From an uncultured Burkholderiaceae bacterium (lineage in GTDB: Bacteria; Pseudomonadota; Gammaproteobacteria; Burkholderiales; Burkholderiaceae_E), in contig CAZDYQ010000006.1 of assembly GCA_964509685.1 (NCBI GenBank), positions 176-64,175 of the forward strand: 64,000 nucleotides of DNA, given 5' to 3'. Under the pieces are notes generated by a model, which saw only the letters and a list, made by a program, of their open reading frames with translations, made no database searches and was not told the origin of the DNA. The translations under genes and the position numbers were made by a program. Of this stretch, positions 22,787-31,314 are shown one piece after another. How positions within the stretch are numbered: position 1 is the stretch's first letter; every line of letters begins with the position of its first letter.

Positions 22787-23976
22787 CAGTCGCCGTCCGA
22801 GAAGTTGAACGTGAGCGCCACGTCGAGCGCGGGCATGACGACGAGCTGCGCCTGGACCTCGAGGCTCCGCACCCGCTCGTAGAGCTCCGCCAGCCGCGCG
22901 CGACCCGCATCGTCGGTCGCGCCGTCGTGGATCGTCAGCCCGTCGGCATGCAGCTCGCGCGCCTTGTCGAGCGCGGCCGCGAGCAGCGTCTCGAACTCGA
23001 CGGCCGCCGCCTCGGCCCCTCGCGCGGCAAGCAGGTCGTCGAGGCCGTAGCCGTCGCCGCCCGCCGACCAGACCGCGTGCACCGACTCGAGCGACACGAG
23101 CACCCGCTCCAGGGAAGCCCGGCTGCGCCACGAATGGGCGAGCCGCGGCCGAGGGGAGAACGCCTGGCCGCTCGGGCTGAACCCGATCGGCGCGCCGATC
23201 GCCGAATCCTTCAGCTCGACGAGCTGCTGCATCAGCAGGTTGCCGACCTGGTTGATGACGTTGTGCGGGGGCACCGCCGCGCTGCCGGCCGAGACGAACA
23301 CCGAGTTCGCGCGGGTACCGCCGTCGGCGCCCTGCCGCCACAGCGCGCGCTGGCTGCGGGCGATGTCGGCGACATTGCCCGCGATGCCGACCACCAGGGC
23401 GCAGCGCCGGGCGCCCGCGGGACTGCCGGCGAAATCGATGGCGCTGCGGCCCTCGAACAGCAGCGTCTCGAGCGCCGGCAGGCCCTGGAGCTGGACCGGC
23501 TGGTTGGCGATCGCCGCGGCGTCGACGGGCTGGCCGGAGGCCAGCAGCTGTCCCACGCGCGTCGCGACCAGCTCGAGCCGCGCCTGCGGCCAGGCATCGA
23601 CGCGAAGCGCCCGGTGCTGCTCGCTGGCCGGGCCGGTCTGCAGCCACCGGATCGGCTGCCAGGCCATCACCGCTTCCCGCCACGCGCGTTGCAGCGCCGC
23701 GAAGCCTTCCCCGTCCGGCGCCCCGCAGAAGGCCTGCGCGGCGGCGTGCAGCGCCTCGCCCCGGGCCGCGAACGCCTCGGAGGCGGGCAGGATGTAACGC
23801 GCGTAGAGATCGTCGACGAACCGCTGCTCGGCTTCGGCGATGCGGTCGGCCGCTGCCCGCGGCCCGGACCGGTCCGTCCCCGCTCCCGCCGGGGCAGGCG
23901 AGCGGTCGCAGGCGGCAAGGAGCAGGCCGGCCACCAGGGCGCAGGCCAGCATCCGGGAAGTGGTGCTTCGCTTCAT
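22786..23976 (-). CDS. Imelysin-family protein, second copy in the cluster.
   Basis: Trimmed to MKRSTTSRMLACALVAGLLLAAC (lipoprotein-type signal). Its size and its position between DHOR and DUF1513 match the usual imelysin-like partner. Direct motif support is weaker than for the first copy. Confidence 0.65.
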   Translation of the reverse strand: MKRSTTSRMLACALVAGLLLAACDRSPAPAGAGTDRSGPRAAADRIAEAEQRFVDDLYARYILPASEAFAARGEALHAAAQAFCGAPDGEGFAALQRAWREAVMAWQPIRWLQTGPASEQHRALRVDAWPQARLELVATRVGQLLASGQPVDAAAIANQPVQLQGLPALETLLFEGRSAIDFAGSPAGARRCALVVGIAGNVADIARSQRALWRQGADGGTRANSVFVSAGSAAVPPHNVINQVGNLLMQQLVELKDSAIGAPIGFSPSGQAFSPRPRLAHSWRSRASLERVLVSLESVHAVWSAGGDGYGLDDLLAARGAEAAAVEFETLLAAALDKARELHADGLTIHDGATDDAGRARLAELYERVRSLEVQAQLVVMPALDVALTFNFSDGD

Positions 23977-24007
23977 CGTTTCCTCGAGTCTGCAGGATGT
24001 CGCGCCA

Positions 24008-25399
24008 TCAGAGGGCACGCAGGTAGGCAAGCAGCGCGGCGCGCCCCGCCTCGTCCAGGCCGCGAAAGCGCTCCCGGGCAACGGCGGCCTCGCCACCGTG
24101 CCACAGGATGGCCTCGACGAGGTCGCGCGCCCGGCCGTCGTGCAGCAGGCCGCCCCGTTCGCGCACCGCCACGCCCACCAGCGGGGCGGTCCGCCATTCC
24201 GCGCCCGAAGCATCGCCCTCGCCGAGCTCGTCGGCGAGGCCTTCGCCCATGTCGTGCAGCAGCAGGTCGGAGTGCAGCACCACCCGCTCGCCATGGACGC
24301 CCGGCAGTGCGGGCACATGGCAGGCGGCGCAGCCCGTCGCCCGGAAGGCCCGCGCGCCCTCGTCCCGGTCCGCGCGACCGGCGACGCCGGGAGTCCCCGC
24401 ATCGATGGGTGGCGCGAGCGAGGCGACATGCGCGACGAGGGCATCGAGGATCGCGTCGGGGATCTCGAAGGGGCCGTCGGGACCCGCGCCGCCGGGCGCG
24501 GCGGCGCAGTCGGCCTGGACGGGCGTGCACGACTCGTCCGGGAAATGACGGCTGGTGATGCCGAGATCGTCGCGCAGCGCCGCCGCGACCTGCAGGGCGA
24601 GGCTCGGCTGCGTCGCCTTGTGGCCGTACCGGCCGATGCGCCACCCTGGACCGTCCGGGGCGGGCAGGCGATGCGCCCTCCCGGAGATGCCGTCGCCGTC
24701 GGCATCGCCGGGATCCTCGAGCGCGAGCAGCGCGGCCTCCGCCACGCGCTCGATGCGCCCGGCTCCCTCGAGGGCCGGGGCGGCGCGCAGCGAGGCCAGC
24801 AGGCCCGGGGCGGGGTCGCCGTAGGCGAAGGATTCGATCCGGGGCACGGGCCGGCGCAGCAGGCGCATCACGCCCGGTCCGTCGTCCACCTCCTCCTCCA
24901 CATGCGCGATGCCCCAGCGGGCCTCGCCCGTCGCTCCCGCCGCGAGGCCCGGGATCCCCCGGCGCTGGATGGTGTCCCCGTACACGGGATCGGGCACGAA
25001 GGCCCCGCCGACGCGACGCCCGATGCGCAGGACCATGCGCGTGGGCGGCTCGCCGCCCTCGTCCGCCCGCACGCGAGCGGCAGGTCGATGGCAGCTCGCG
25101 CAGGCATGGGCGTTGTACAGCGGGCCCAGGCCGTCGCGCAGCGTCGTCGATGCCGGCGCGACGATCCAGGGGTCCTCGAAGAAGGAGCGGCCGACGTACA
25201 GACCGAGCGGCGGCAGGGTGTGGGCCGGCCGCACCGCGGGCGATGCGGTATCGAGACCGACCGCCGCCGGACGACGCTCGCCGGACGCGGCGAGCGCCAG
25301 GGCGATCGCGATCGCGGCGACGAGGCCCGCGCCGGGCAGGGCGCCCCGCGGCGCACCGGCCCAACCGCCTCGGGCGGGGGCGAAGCGGTTCCCGTTCAC
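24008..25399 (-). CDS. Di-haem oxidoreductase / putative peroxidase (DHOR, DUF1111), paralogue B.
   Basis: GTG start at 25399 overlaps the upstream stop (GTGA). Two haem c sites, CASCH and CAACH. DADGDGISGR motif and a C-terminus LLHDGRARDLVEAILWHGGEA. Confidence 0.8.
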   Translation of the reverse strand: MNGNRFAPARGGWAGAPRGALPGAGLVAAIAIALALAASGERRPAAVGLDTASPAVRPAHTLPPLGLYVGRSFFEDPWIVAPASTTLRDGLGPLYNAHACASCHRPAARVRADEGGEPPTRMVLRIGRRVGGAFVPDPVYGDTIQRRGIPGLAAGATGEARWGIAHVEEEVDDGPGVMRLLRRPVPRIESFAYGDPAPGLLASLRAAPALEGAGRIERVAEAALLALEDPGDADGDGISGRAHRLPAPDGPGWRIGRYGHKATQPSLALQVAAALRDDLGITSRHFPDESCTPVQADCAAAPGGAGPDGPFEIPDAILDALVAHVASLAPPIDAGTPGVAGRADRDEGARAFRATGCAACHVPALPGVHGERVVLHSDLLLHDMGEGLADELGEGDASGAEWRTAPLVGVAVRERGGLLHDGRARDLVEAILWHGGEAAVARERFRGLDEAGRAALLAYLRAL

Positions 25400-27012
25400 A
25401 GCGACTCCAGGAAGCGCAGCAGCTCGGTGCGCTCCTGCCGGTCGGCCCGGCGGAAGGCATCGCCCGCCGCGGCGCCCTCGCCGCCCGCTTCGGCGTGCCA
25501 GAGGATCGCCTCCTCGATAGTGCGGGCGCGACCGTCGTGAAGGAAGCCCGCCTTCGGATTGACCGCCTGCGCGAGGCCGAGGCCCCACAGGGGCGGCGTG
25601 CGCCATTCGGACGGGCTCGCGTCGCCCTCGCCCAGGCCGTCGGCGAGGCCCGTGCAACGCTGCACCCAGTGGCAGCGAGCGCCGTCCCGGCAGGGCTCTC
25701 CCGCCGCGGTCTCGCGGCTCACCTCGCAGCGTCCCCCCATGTCGTGCAGCAGGAGGTCCGTGTAGGGAAAGATGCGCTGGCCGGAGAGCGCGACGAGCTC
25801 CGGCGCCGGCCGCTCGAGGCGAACCAGGCCGACGACGGCGCCGAGCGCGCTGCCGGGCGCGACTCCGGTGCGCTGCTCGGGCACGTGGCAGGACGCGCAG
25901 CCAAAGCGCTCGAAGTGGCGCCGCCCGGCCCTCACCTCGGGCGACCAGTCCCGGGCGGCATCGTCCCAGCCGCGGCGCATCGGCACCGCGAGGGTGCGCG
26001 TGTAGAACTCGACCTGCGCGAGCTCGAGGTCGGTCAGGTCCACCCCGGCCGGCTCGCGCAGGGCCTCGAGTTCGCGGCCGGCGGCGCGGACGCAGGCGAC
26101 CTGGGCATCGGTGCACGGCTCCTGCGGGAAGAGGCTGCTGGTCAGGCCCATGTCCTCGCGATAGGCGAGAGCCGACTGGACCAGGACCGAGGCCACGCCC
26201 GCCTTGAGCCCGAAGCGGCCGACGACGGTGGCCCCCGTCAGCGGGTCGGTCACCCGGTTCGCCCGCCCCGAGATGCCGTCGCCGTCCGCATCCTCGGGAT
26301 CGGCCGCCGCCAGGAGGTCCTCCTCGGGAATCGCCTCGAGCAGCCCCACGCCGAAGACCGGGGGCGCGACGCGCGGCGAGAAGGCGACACCGTCGGCGAA
26401 CGGTCCATAGGAGGCCTCCGATATGCGATAGACCGGTCGCAGCAGCTCCCAGGGCGTGCCGTCCGGATAGTGGCCCCTCACCGGCTCGTAGGCGACGGCC
26501 ACCCGGGCCTCGCCCAGCGCCTGGCCGCCGTCCCGCGCGCCGTCGTGACGAGCCTCGCCGTCCAACCCCAGGGGCTGGAGCTGGCCACCATAGACCGGGT
26601 CGGGAACGAAGCGGCCGTCGGCGCCGGGATGGCCGAGCCGCAGCAGCATCCCGACCAGCGGCCCGGCGGGCGCGAGCGGACGATCCTCGTCGCGCGGCGG
26701 GTGACCGCGTCCGTCGCGCACGTGGCATCCCTGGCAGGTCTGCGCATTGAAGAGCGGGCCGGTGCCTCGCTCGGGGCCGCGGGGCGTGCGGAACAGGTGG
26801 TTGCCGTTCTCGAACAGGCTCTTGCCCACGAAGTCGAGATTCGCCGCGGGGCGCGCGAAGGCGTTCGCGTCGGCGGCGGCCACCGACGTGGCGCCGCCAC
26901 TGGCGCGCTCGGCCGGGTCGGCCCGCCCCGCATCCCCCCGCTCGCACCCCGACAGCGCGAGCGCCACGGCCAGCACGGCCAGCGCGGCCCCCCTCACGAG
27001 GCGATCGTCCAT
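25396..27012 (-). CDS. Di-haem oxidoreductase / putative peroxidase (DHOR, DUF1111), paralogue A, with a Cys-rich insert.
   Basis: Trimmed to MDDRLVRGAALAVLAVALALSGC (lipobox). Haem sites CQGCH and CASCH. DADGDGISGR motif and FLHDGRARTIEEAILWH. It carries an extra segment GRCEVSRETAAGEPCRDGARCHWVQRCTG. Confidence 0.8.
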   Translation of the reverse strand: MDDRLVRGAALAVLAVALALSGCERGDAGRADPAERASGGATSVAAADANAFARPAANLDFVGKSLFENGNHLFRTPRGPERGTGPLFNAQTCQGCHVRDGRGHPPRDEDRPLAPAGPLVGMLLRLGHPGADGRFVPDPVYGGQLQPLGLDGEARHDGARDGGQALGEARVAVAYEPVRGHYPDGTPWELLRPVYRISEASYGPFADGVAFSPRVAPPVFGVGLLEAIPEEDLLAAADPEDADGDGISGRANRVTDPLTGATVVGRFGLKAGVASVLVQSALAYREDMGLTSSLFPQEPCTDAQVACVRAAGRELEALREPAGVDLTDLELAQVEFYTRTLAVPMRRGWDDAARDWSPEVRAGRRHFERFGCASCHVPEQRTGVAPGSALGAVVGLVRLERPAPELVALSGQRIFPYTDLLLHDMGGRCEVSRETAAGEPCRDGARCHWVQRCTGLADGLGEGDASPSEWRTPPLWGLGLAQAVNPKAGFLHDGRARTIEEAILWHAEAGGEGAAAGDAFRRADRQERTELLRFLESL

Positions 27013-27016
27013 GCGG

Positions 27017-28357
27017 TCACAGCTTCTGTTGCGTGTCCTGGCGCAGGTCGCCCGCCGCGAGCCCGAGCGCATCGATGGCCTGCTGCACCGCGGCCGTCTG
27101 CGCGACGAGCGCCGCGATCAGCGCATTGATCGCCGGATCGTTGGGGCCGCCGACCTGGATCTGGACGTCGAAGGGCATGCCCTGCTCCGCCCGGTCCACG
27201 ATGACCTGTGCCGCGTCCATCACCACGTCGATTCGCCGCCCCAGTTCGTCGGCGATCGCGGCGTGACCCCGGGCGCGCAGGAACGCATCGATCCCCGGGC
27301 CCTCCACGACCGACCCGTCCACGCGCCGATAGCTGCCGCGGAAGCTGTTCCGGATGCCCAGGGCGTTCAGGTAGATGTCGCGATGCGTGTTGTCCGAGAA
27401 GCAGGAGTGCTCGTCCTCCTGCGAATCCTGGGTGAGCGGGATCTGGATGCGCTCGCCGGCGAGCTCGCCGTATCCCAGGCGTCCCATCGATTCGAGGATC
27501 TTCGCGACGGCGGCCTCGCCCATGGCCACGTATTCCCGGTAGTAGTCGCCCCCGTCCGGGTCCCAGCGCGCCACCACGCCCTCCAGGTCCTCGACCAGCA
27601 GTTGCGCGGCCGCCCTCAGGTAGTCGCCCCGGCGCTTGCAGATGACGTCCGGCTGCGGCGAGCCGACGCCGCTGGTGCAGCCTCCGCGGGTGTCGTAGTC
27701 GCTGAGGGGACGCTGGCCCGGCGTGGCATCCCTGGGCGAGACGCCGTCCCAGGACCGCTGCCCCTCGTTCAGGTCCTGGCCCCAGAGGAGAAACTCGATC
27801 GCGTGATAGCCCGTGGCGACATTGCGCTCGTCGCCGCCGTCCTGGTCCAGAGCGGCGAGGACCTCCGGGGTGATGACCGGAACGCGCTCGACGTCGGCGA
27901 TGATGTTGGGCGACACCGACGGCGTGCCGGCCTCCGGCCCGGCATCGCCATCCACCCGCTCGGCGACGTAGTCGATCAGCGCCTCTCCGAGCGGCCAGGC
28001 GTTGATGCGCGCCTCGGGCCCGTCCTCGTCCACGCCATTGGTCGAATCGATCGGCGACAGCCGGAAACGATAGACCTCCGACTGGCCGTAGGGCTCCCGC
28101 GCCTTGAGCCAGGCCTCGCGCGCCGCGGCGAAGCTCGATTCGGTCGGGTCGGCGACGAAGTTCTCGATCGCGGTGCGCATGCGGCGCGCCGCCTCGAGGG
28201 AATCGTCATAGACCGCGTGGGCGATGCGGGCATCGTTGGTCGCGACGGCGGTGGCGTCGGGCCCCCGCTCCGTGCAGCCGGCGACGGCCAGGCCCGCGAG
28301 CGCGAGGCCGAGCAGCCTCGTCCACGGGGGCACTCGCCAGCGGCTGGGTCGGTGCAT
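27017..28357 (-). CDS. Imelysin (IrpA-like, peptidase M75 family) lipoprotein.
   Basis: Trimmed to MHRPSRWRVPPWTRLLGLALAGLAVAGC at 28357, preceded by AGGAGGG. GYHAIEFLLWGQDL is the characteristic imelysin motif. Confidence 0.8.
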   Translation of the reverse strand: MHRPSRWRVPPWTRLLGLALAGLAVAGCTERGPDATAVATNDARIAHAVYDDSLEAARRMRTAIENFVADPTESSFAAAREAWLKAREPYGQSEVYRFRLSPIDSTNGVDEDGPEARINAWPLGEALIDYVAERVDGDAGPEAGTPSVSPNIIADVERVPVITPEVLAALDQDGGDERNVATGYHAIEFLLWGQDLNEGQRSWDGVSPRDATPGQRPLSDYDTRGGCTSGVGSPQPDVICKRRGDYLRAAAQLLVEDLEGVVARWDPDGGDYYREYVAMGEAAVAKILESMGRLGYGELAGERIQIPLTQDSQEDEHSCFSDNTHRDIYLNALGIRNSFRGSYRRVDGSVVEGPGIDAFLRARGHAAIADELGRRIDVVMDAAQVIVDRAEQGMPFDVQIQVGGPNDPAINALIAALVAQTAAVQQAIDALGLAAGDLRQDTQQKL

Positions 28358-28421
28358 CTGCAACCCTCCTGGGAAAGATGTTAGTGGCCGGCCACGCAGG
28401 GAGGCCGGCGGACGGGACGAG

Positions 28422-28453
28422 GGGGCCCGCCGCCGGGCCCGGCGGCGGGCCCC
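28422..28453. repeat. Perfect 32-bp GC-only palindrome.
   Basis: GGGGCCCGCCGCCGGG|CCCGGCGGCGGGCCCC; all 16 base pairs were checked by hand. It lies between the imelysin start (28357) and the Fur-like box. A second 12-bp palindrome, GTGGCCGGCCAC, sits at 28384..28395. Confidence 0.9.
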
Positions 28454-28523
28454 GAGTGTACGGGTGTCCGACCGGGGCACGCGGCCCCGCCCCATCCGCG
28501 TGCCGCCGGCCGACCTGTCGTTT

Positions 28524-28542
28524 GCAAATGAGAATGGTTTGT
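28524..28542. promoter_or_regulatory. Candidate Fur box.
   Basis: GCAAATGAGAATGGTTTGT matches 11 of 19 positions of GATAATGATAATCATTATC. It sits in an AT-rich patch between the divergent iron-related operons (imelysin cluster and bfd-bfr). Confidence 0.45.
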
Positions 28543-28597
28543 GTTCATATTATGCGCCAGCGCACCGATGCGACGCGCAGCGATGGAGTCGTACCGA

Positions 28598-28777
28598 ATG
28601 ATTGTCTGTGTCTGCAACGCAATCTCCGACCAGCAGATCCGCTCGAGCGCAGAGCGCGGCGTGACCTGCTTCGACGACCTGCAGCAGGAACTCGGCGTGG
28701 GCACGTGCTGCGGCCTGTGCCAGGACTGCGCCCGCGAGGTGCTCGAGGAGCAGCTGCGCGAACCGGCGGGCGCCTGA
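28598..28777 (+). CDS. bfd: Bacterioferritin-associated ferredoxin.
   Basis: 59 aa: MIVCVCNAISDQQIRSSAERGVTCFDDLQQELGVGTCCGLCQDCAREVL. This is the BFD-like [2Fe-2S] Cys pattern C-x-C...C-x2-C. Confidence 0.85.
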   Translation: MIVCVCNAISDQQIRSSAERGVTCFDDLQQELGVGTCCGLCQDCAREVLEEQLREPAGA

Positions 28778-28864
28778 CGCCCTCGCCACGAACGATTTGC
28801 ATTCCGGTGGGCCCTCGCGCTTTTCGGTATCGTTGTCACTCGATGCAACGAACCGGAGCGAACG

Positions 28865-29371
28865 ATGGCCACCAAGAATCCCTCCGCGCTGGCCGGTGAC
28901 GCCAGGGTCATCGAGGCCCTCAACAAGCAGCTCACGAACGAGCTGACCGCGATCAACCAGTACTTCCTCCATGCGCGGATGTACGAGCATCGCGGCCTCA
29001 AGCGACTCAACGACAAGGAGTACGAGGAATCGATCGGCGAGATGAAGCACGCCGATCGCCTCGTGCGGCGCGTGCTCATGCTCGGTGGCCTGCCCAACCT
29101 GCAGGCGCTGCACAAGCTGCGCATCGGCGAGAACACCCGCGAGATGCTGTCCTGCGACCATGCGCTGGAGGTGAGCGCGCGAGACCACCTGCGCGACTCG
29201 GTGGCGCTGTGCGAGCAGGTCCGGGATTTCGTCTCGCGCGAGCTGCTCGTGGACATCCTCGAGGACACCGAGGAGCACATCGACTGGCTCGAGACGCAGC
29301 TCGAGCTGATCGACGCGATCGGCATCGCCAACTACGAGCAGTCGATGATGGGCGACGGGAGTCCGGGCTGA
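28865..29371 (+). CDS. bfr: Bacterioferritin.
   Basis: 168 aa. VIEALNKQLTNELTAINQYFLHARM, the haem-ligand Met context ESIGEMKHADRL, and LEDTEEHIDWLETQL (ferroxidase ligands). About 9 aa longer at the N-terminus than classical Bfr. Confidence 0.95.
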   Translation: MATKNPSALAGDARVIEALNKQLTNELTAINQYFLHARMYEHRGLKRLNDKEYEESIGEMKHADRLVRRVLMLGGLPNLQALHKLRIGENTREMLSCDHALEVSARDHLRDSVALCEQVRDFVSRELLVDILEDTEEHIDWLETQLELIDAIGIANYEQSMMGDGSPG

Positions 29372-29373
29372 GC

Positions 29374-30045
29374 ATGCACTACGATCCCCGCAACGAACCC
29401 CACGGACTCGCCTTCGATCCCTTCAAGGCGCTCGTCGCGCCGCGGCCCATCGGCTGGATCGGCACGATCGGGCCGGACGGCGTGCCGAACCTCGCGCCCT
29501 ACAGCTTCTTCAACGCGGTCAGCGACAAGCCGCCGTTCGTGCTGTTCTCGTCGGTCGGCCGAAAGGACAGCCAGGCCAACATCGAGGCCACCGGCGAGTT
29601 CACGTGCTCGCTGGCGAGCTGGGAACTGCGCGAGCAGATGAACATGAGCTCGGCGCCGGTCGCGACGGAAGTCGACGAGTTCCGGCTCGCCCGCCTGGAA
29701 GTCGCCCCCTCCCGCCATGTCGCGCCGCCGCGGGTGGCCGGCAGCCCGGCGGCCCTCGAATGCCGCCTCTGGAAGACGATCGAGCTGCCCGGCGACCCGC
29801 GCCGGCCCGGCCAGCCGCGCAACACGATCATCATCGGCGAGGTCGTGGGCATCTACATCGACGACGCCTACATCCGCGACGGCCGCTTCGACACGGCGGC
29901 CGCCCGCCCGCTCGCCCGCATGGGCTACATGGACTACGCGGTCGTCACCCCGGAGACCACCTTCGAGATGAACCGCCCGACGGTCTCGGCGGACGGCCGC
30001 AGCGCGACCGTCGAGGACGGTCCCTGGGACGGGGTCTATCGCTAG
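29374..30045 (+). CDS. Flavin reductase-like (FMN-binding split-barrel) protein.
   Basis: ORF 29209..30045 trimmed to MHYDPRNEPHG at 29374, 2 nt after the bfr stop. RPIGWIGTIGPDGVPNLAPYSFFNAVSDKPPFVLFS is typical of the family. Confidence 0.8.
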   Translation: MHYDPRNEPHGLAFDPFKALVAPRPIGWIGTIGPDGVPNLAPYSFFNAVSDKPPFVLFSSVGRKDSQANIEATGEFTCSLASWELREQMNMSSAPVATEVDEFRLARLEVAPSRHVAPPRVAGSPAALECRLWKTIELPGDPRRPGQPRNTIIIGEVVGIYIDDAYIRDGRFDTAAARPLARMGYMDYAVVTPETTFEMNRPTVSADGRSATVEDGPWDGVYR

Positions 30046-30108
30046 CGGGGCGGGCGCCGGCCCGGGCGGCTATCATCGCGGCTTGCCCGCCGCCAACGCC
30101 CCCATGCC

Positions 30109-31314
30109 GTGACCCAGCGCCAGATCATCGTCTACTGCGGGCTGCTGCTCAGCGTCGGCGCATTCTCGATCGACATCACCCTGCCCTTCTTCGGGCCCAT
30201 GGCGAGCTCGCTCTCGGCGCCGCCGGCGAGCCTGCACGCCACCGTCACGCTCTACATCTTCTTCCTCGGCATCGGGCAGCTCGCGATGGGCTCGCTCGCC
30301 GACCGCTTCGGTCGCCGCCCGGTCATCGCGGCCGGCCTGGGACTGTATGCCGCCGGCGCCGTGGTGGCGCTCTTCGCCACCAGCCTCGGCGGCGTGCTGG
30401 CGGGCCGCGCGATGCAGGGCCTGGGCGGAGCGGTGGGACCGGTGGTCGGGCGAGCGATGGTGCGCGACGTCTCGGACCCGCTCGAGCTTCCGCGCAACAT
30501 GGCGGTGGCGAGCGGGATCTTCGCCGTAGGGCCGATCTTCGCGCCGCTGATCGGGGTGGGGCTGGCGGCCGCAGGGGGCAGCTGGCGGGCCGTGTTCGTC
30601 GCGATGTGCCTGTTCGCGCTCGGACTCGTCGCGGTGCTCGCCCGCCTGCCCGAGACGCTGGCCGCGCGCAACCCGGCGGCGCTGGCGCCCGCCGTCCTGC
30701 TGGACAACGCCCGCCATCTGCTTCGAAACCGGCAGTCGCGCTTCTTCATGCTGCTGGCGGCGGTCGCGATGGTCGCGATCGTCACGATCATCGCGGGCCT
30801 CCCGCGCCTGTACGAGGCGAACTTCGGCGTGTCCGGCGCCCTCTTCGCCATCCTCTTCGGTTTGCACGGCGTGGGCATCGTCGTCGGGCAGGTCCTCAAC
30901 CATCGGCTGATCGGGCGAATCGGCGCGGTCGCCAGCGCGATCATCGCCAGCTTGATCATGTCGGTCGCCTGCCTCGCCGTCGCGCTGCTCTCGGTGACCG
31001 GGACGGCCGGCCCCTACAGCGTGTCGGCGGCGATGTTCGTCTTCGCCATCGGCTACCTCATCGTGTTCTCCAACGCCACCGCCCTGACGCTGGAGCCGCA
31101 TGGCGCCATCGCGGGCTTCGCCTCGTCGTTCTTCGGCTTCGTCGCGCAAGTGGTATCGTCGGCCATCGGGACGGCGGCGGTGGCCCTGGCGGGCACCAGC
31201 ATCACCGCCTGGAGCCTGCTGCTGCTCGCGGTCTCGCTCGGCTGCCTGCTGGCCCTGCTCGGCTGGCAGGGACGCGCCGCCGCCTTCTCGCCCCATACCC
31301 GGAAGGAACCATGA
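30109..31314 (+). CDS. MFS transporter, Bcr/CflA (DHA1) drug-efflux subfamily.
   Basis: GTG start at 30109. Motifs GIGQLAMGSLADRFGRRPV and GRAMQGLGGAVG. About 12 predicted hydrophobic segments. Confidence 0.85.
   Translation: MTQRQIIVYCGLLLSVGAFSIDITLPFFGPMASSLSAPPASLHATVTLYIFFLGIGQLAMGSLADRFGRRPVIAAGLGLYAAGAVVALFATSLGGVLAGRAMQGLGGAVGPVVGRAMVRDVSDPLELPRNMAVASGIFAVGPIFAPLIGVGLAAAGGSWRAVFVAMCLFALGLVAVLARLPETLAARNPAALAPAVLLDNARHLLRNRQSRFFMLLAAVAMVAIVTIIAGLPRLYEANFGVSGALFAILFGLHGVGIVVGQVLNHRLIGRIGAVASAIIASLIMSVACLAVALLSVTGTAGPYSVSAAMFVFAIGYLIVFSNATALTLEPHGAIAGFASSFFGFVAQVVSSAIGTAAVALAGTSITAWSLLLLAVSLGCLLALLGWQGRAAAFSPHTRKEP

Noticed and set aside
24008-26947. 979-aa ORF in the track that looks like one giant fused di-haem protein.
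   Set aside because: Only the C-terminal 463 codons (from GTG 25399) are DHOR-like. The upstream part is an Arg/Ala/Gly-rich read-through in a different frame from the real gene 25396..27012, whose own translation carries the haem motifs.
29604-31310. Long N-terminal extension of the NYN-LOTUS ORF (904-aa track ORF).
   Set aside because: It overlaps the flavin reductase and the MFS pump in other frames and has a Pro/Arg/Gly-rich composition. The NYN domain begins right after ATG 31311, which has its own RBS.
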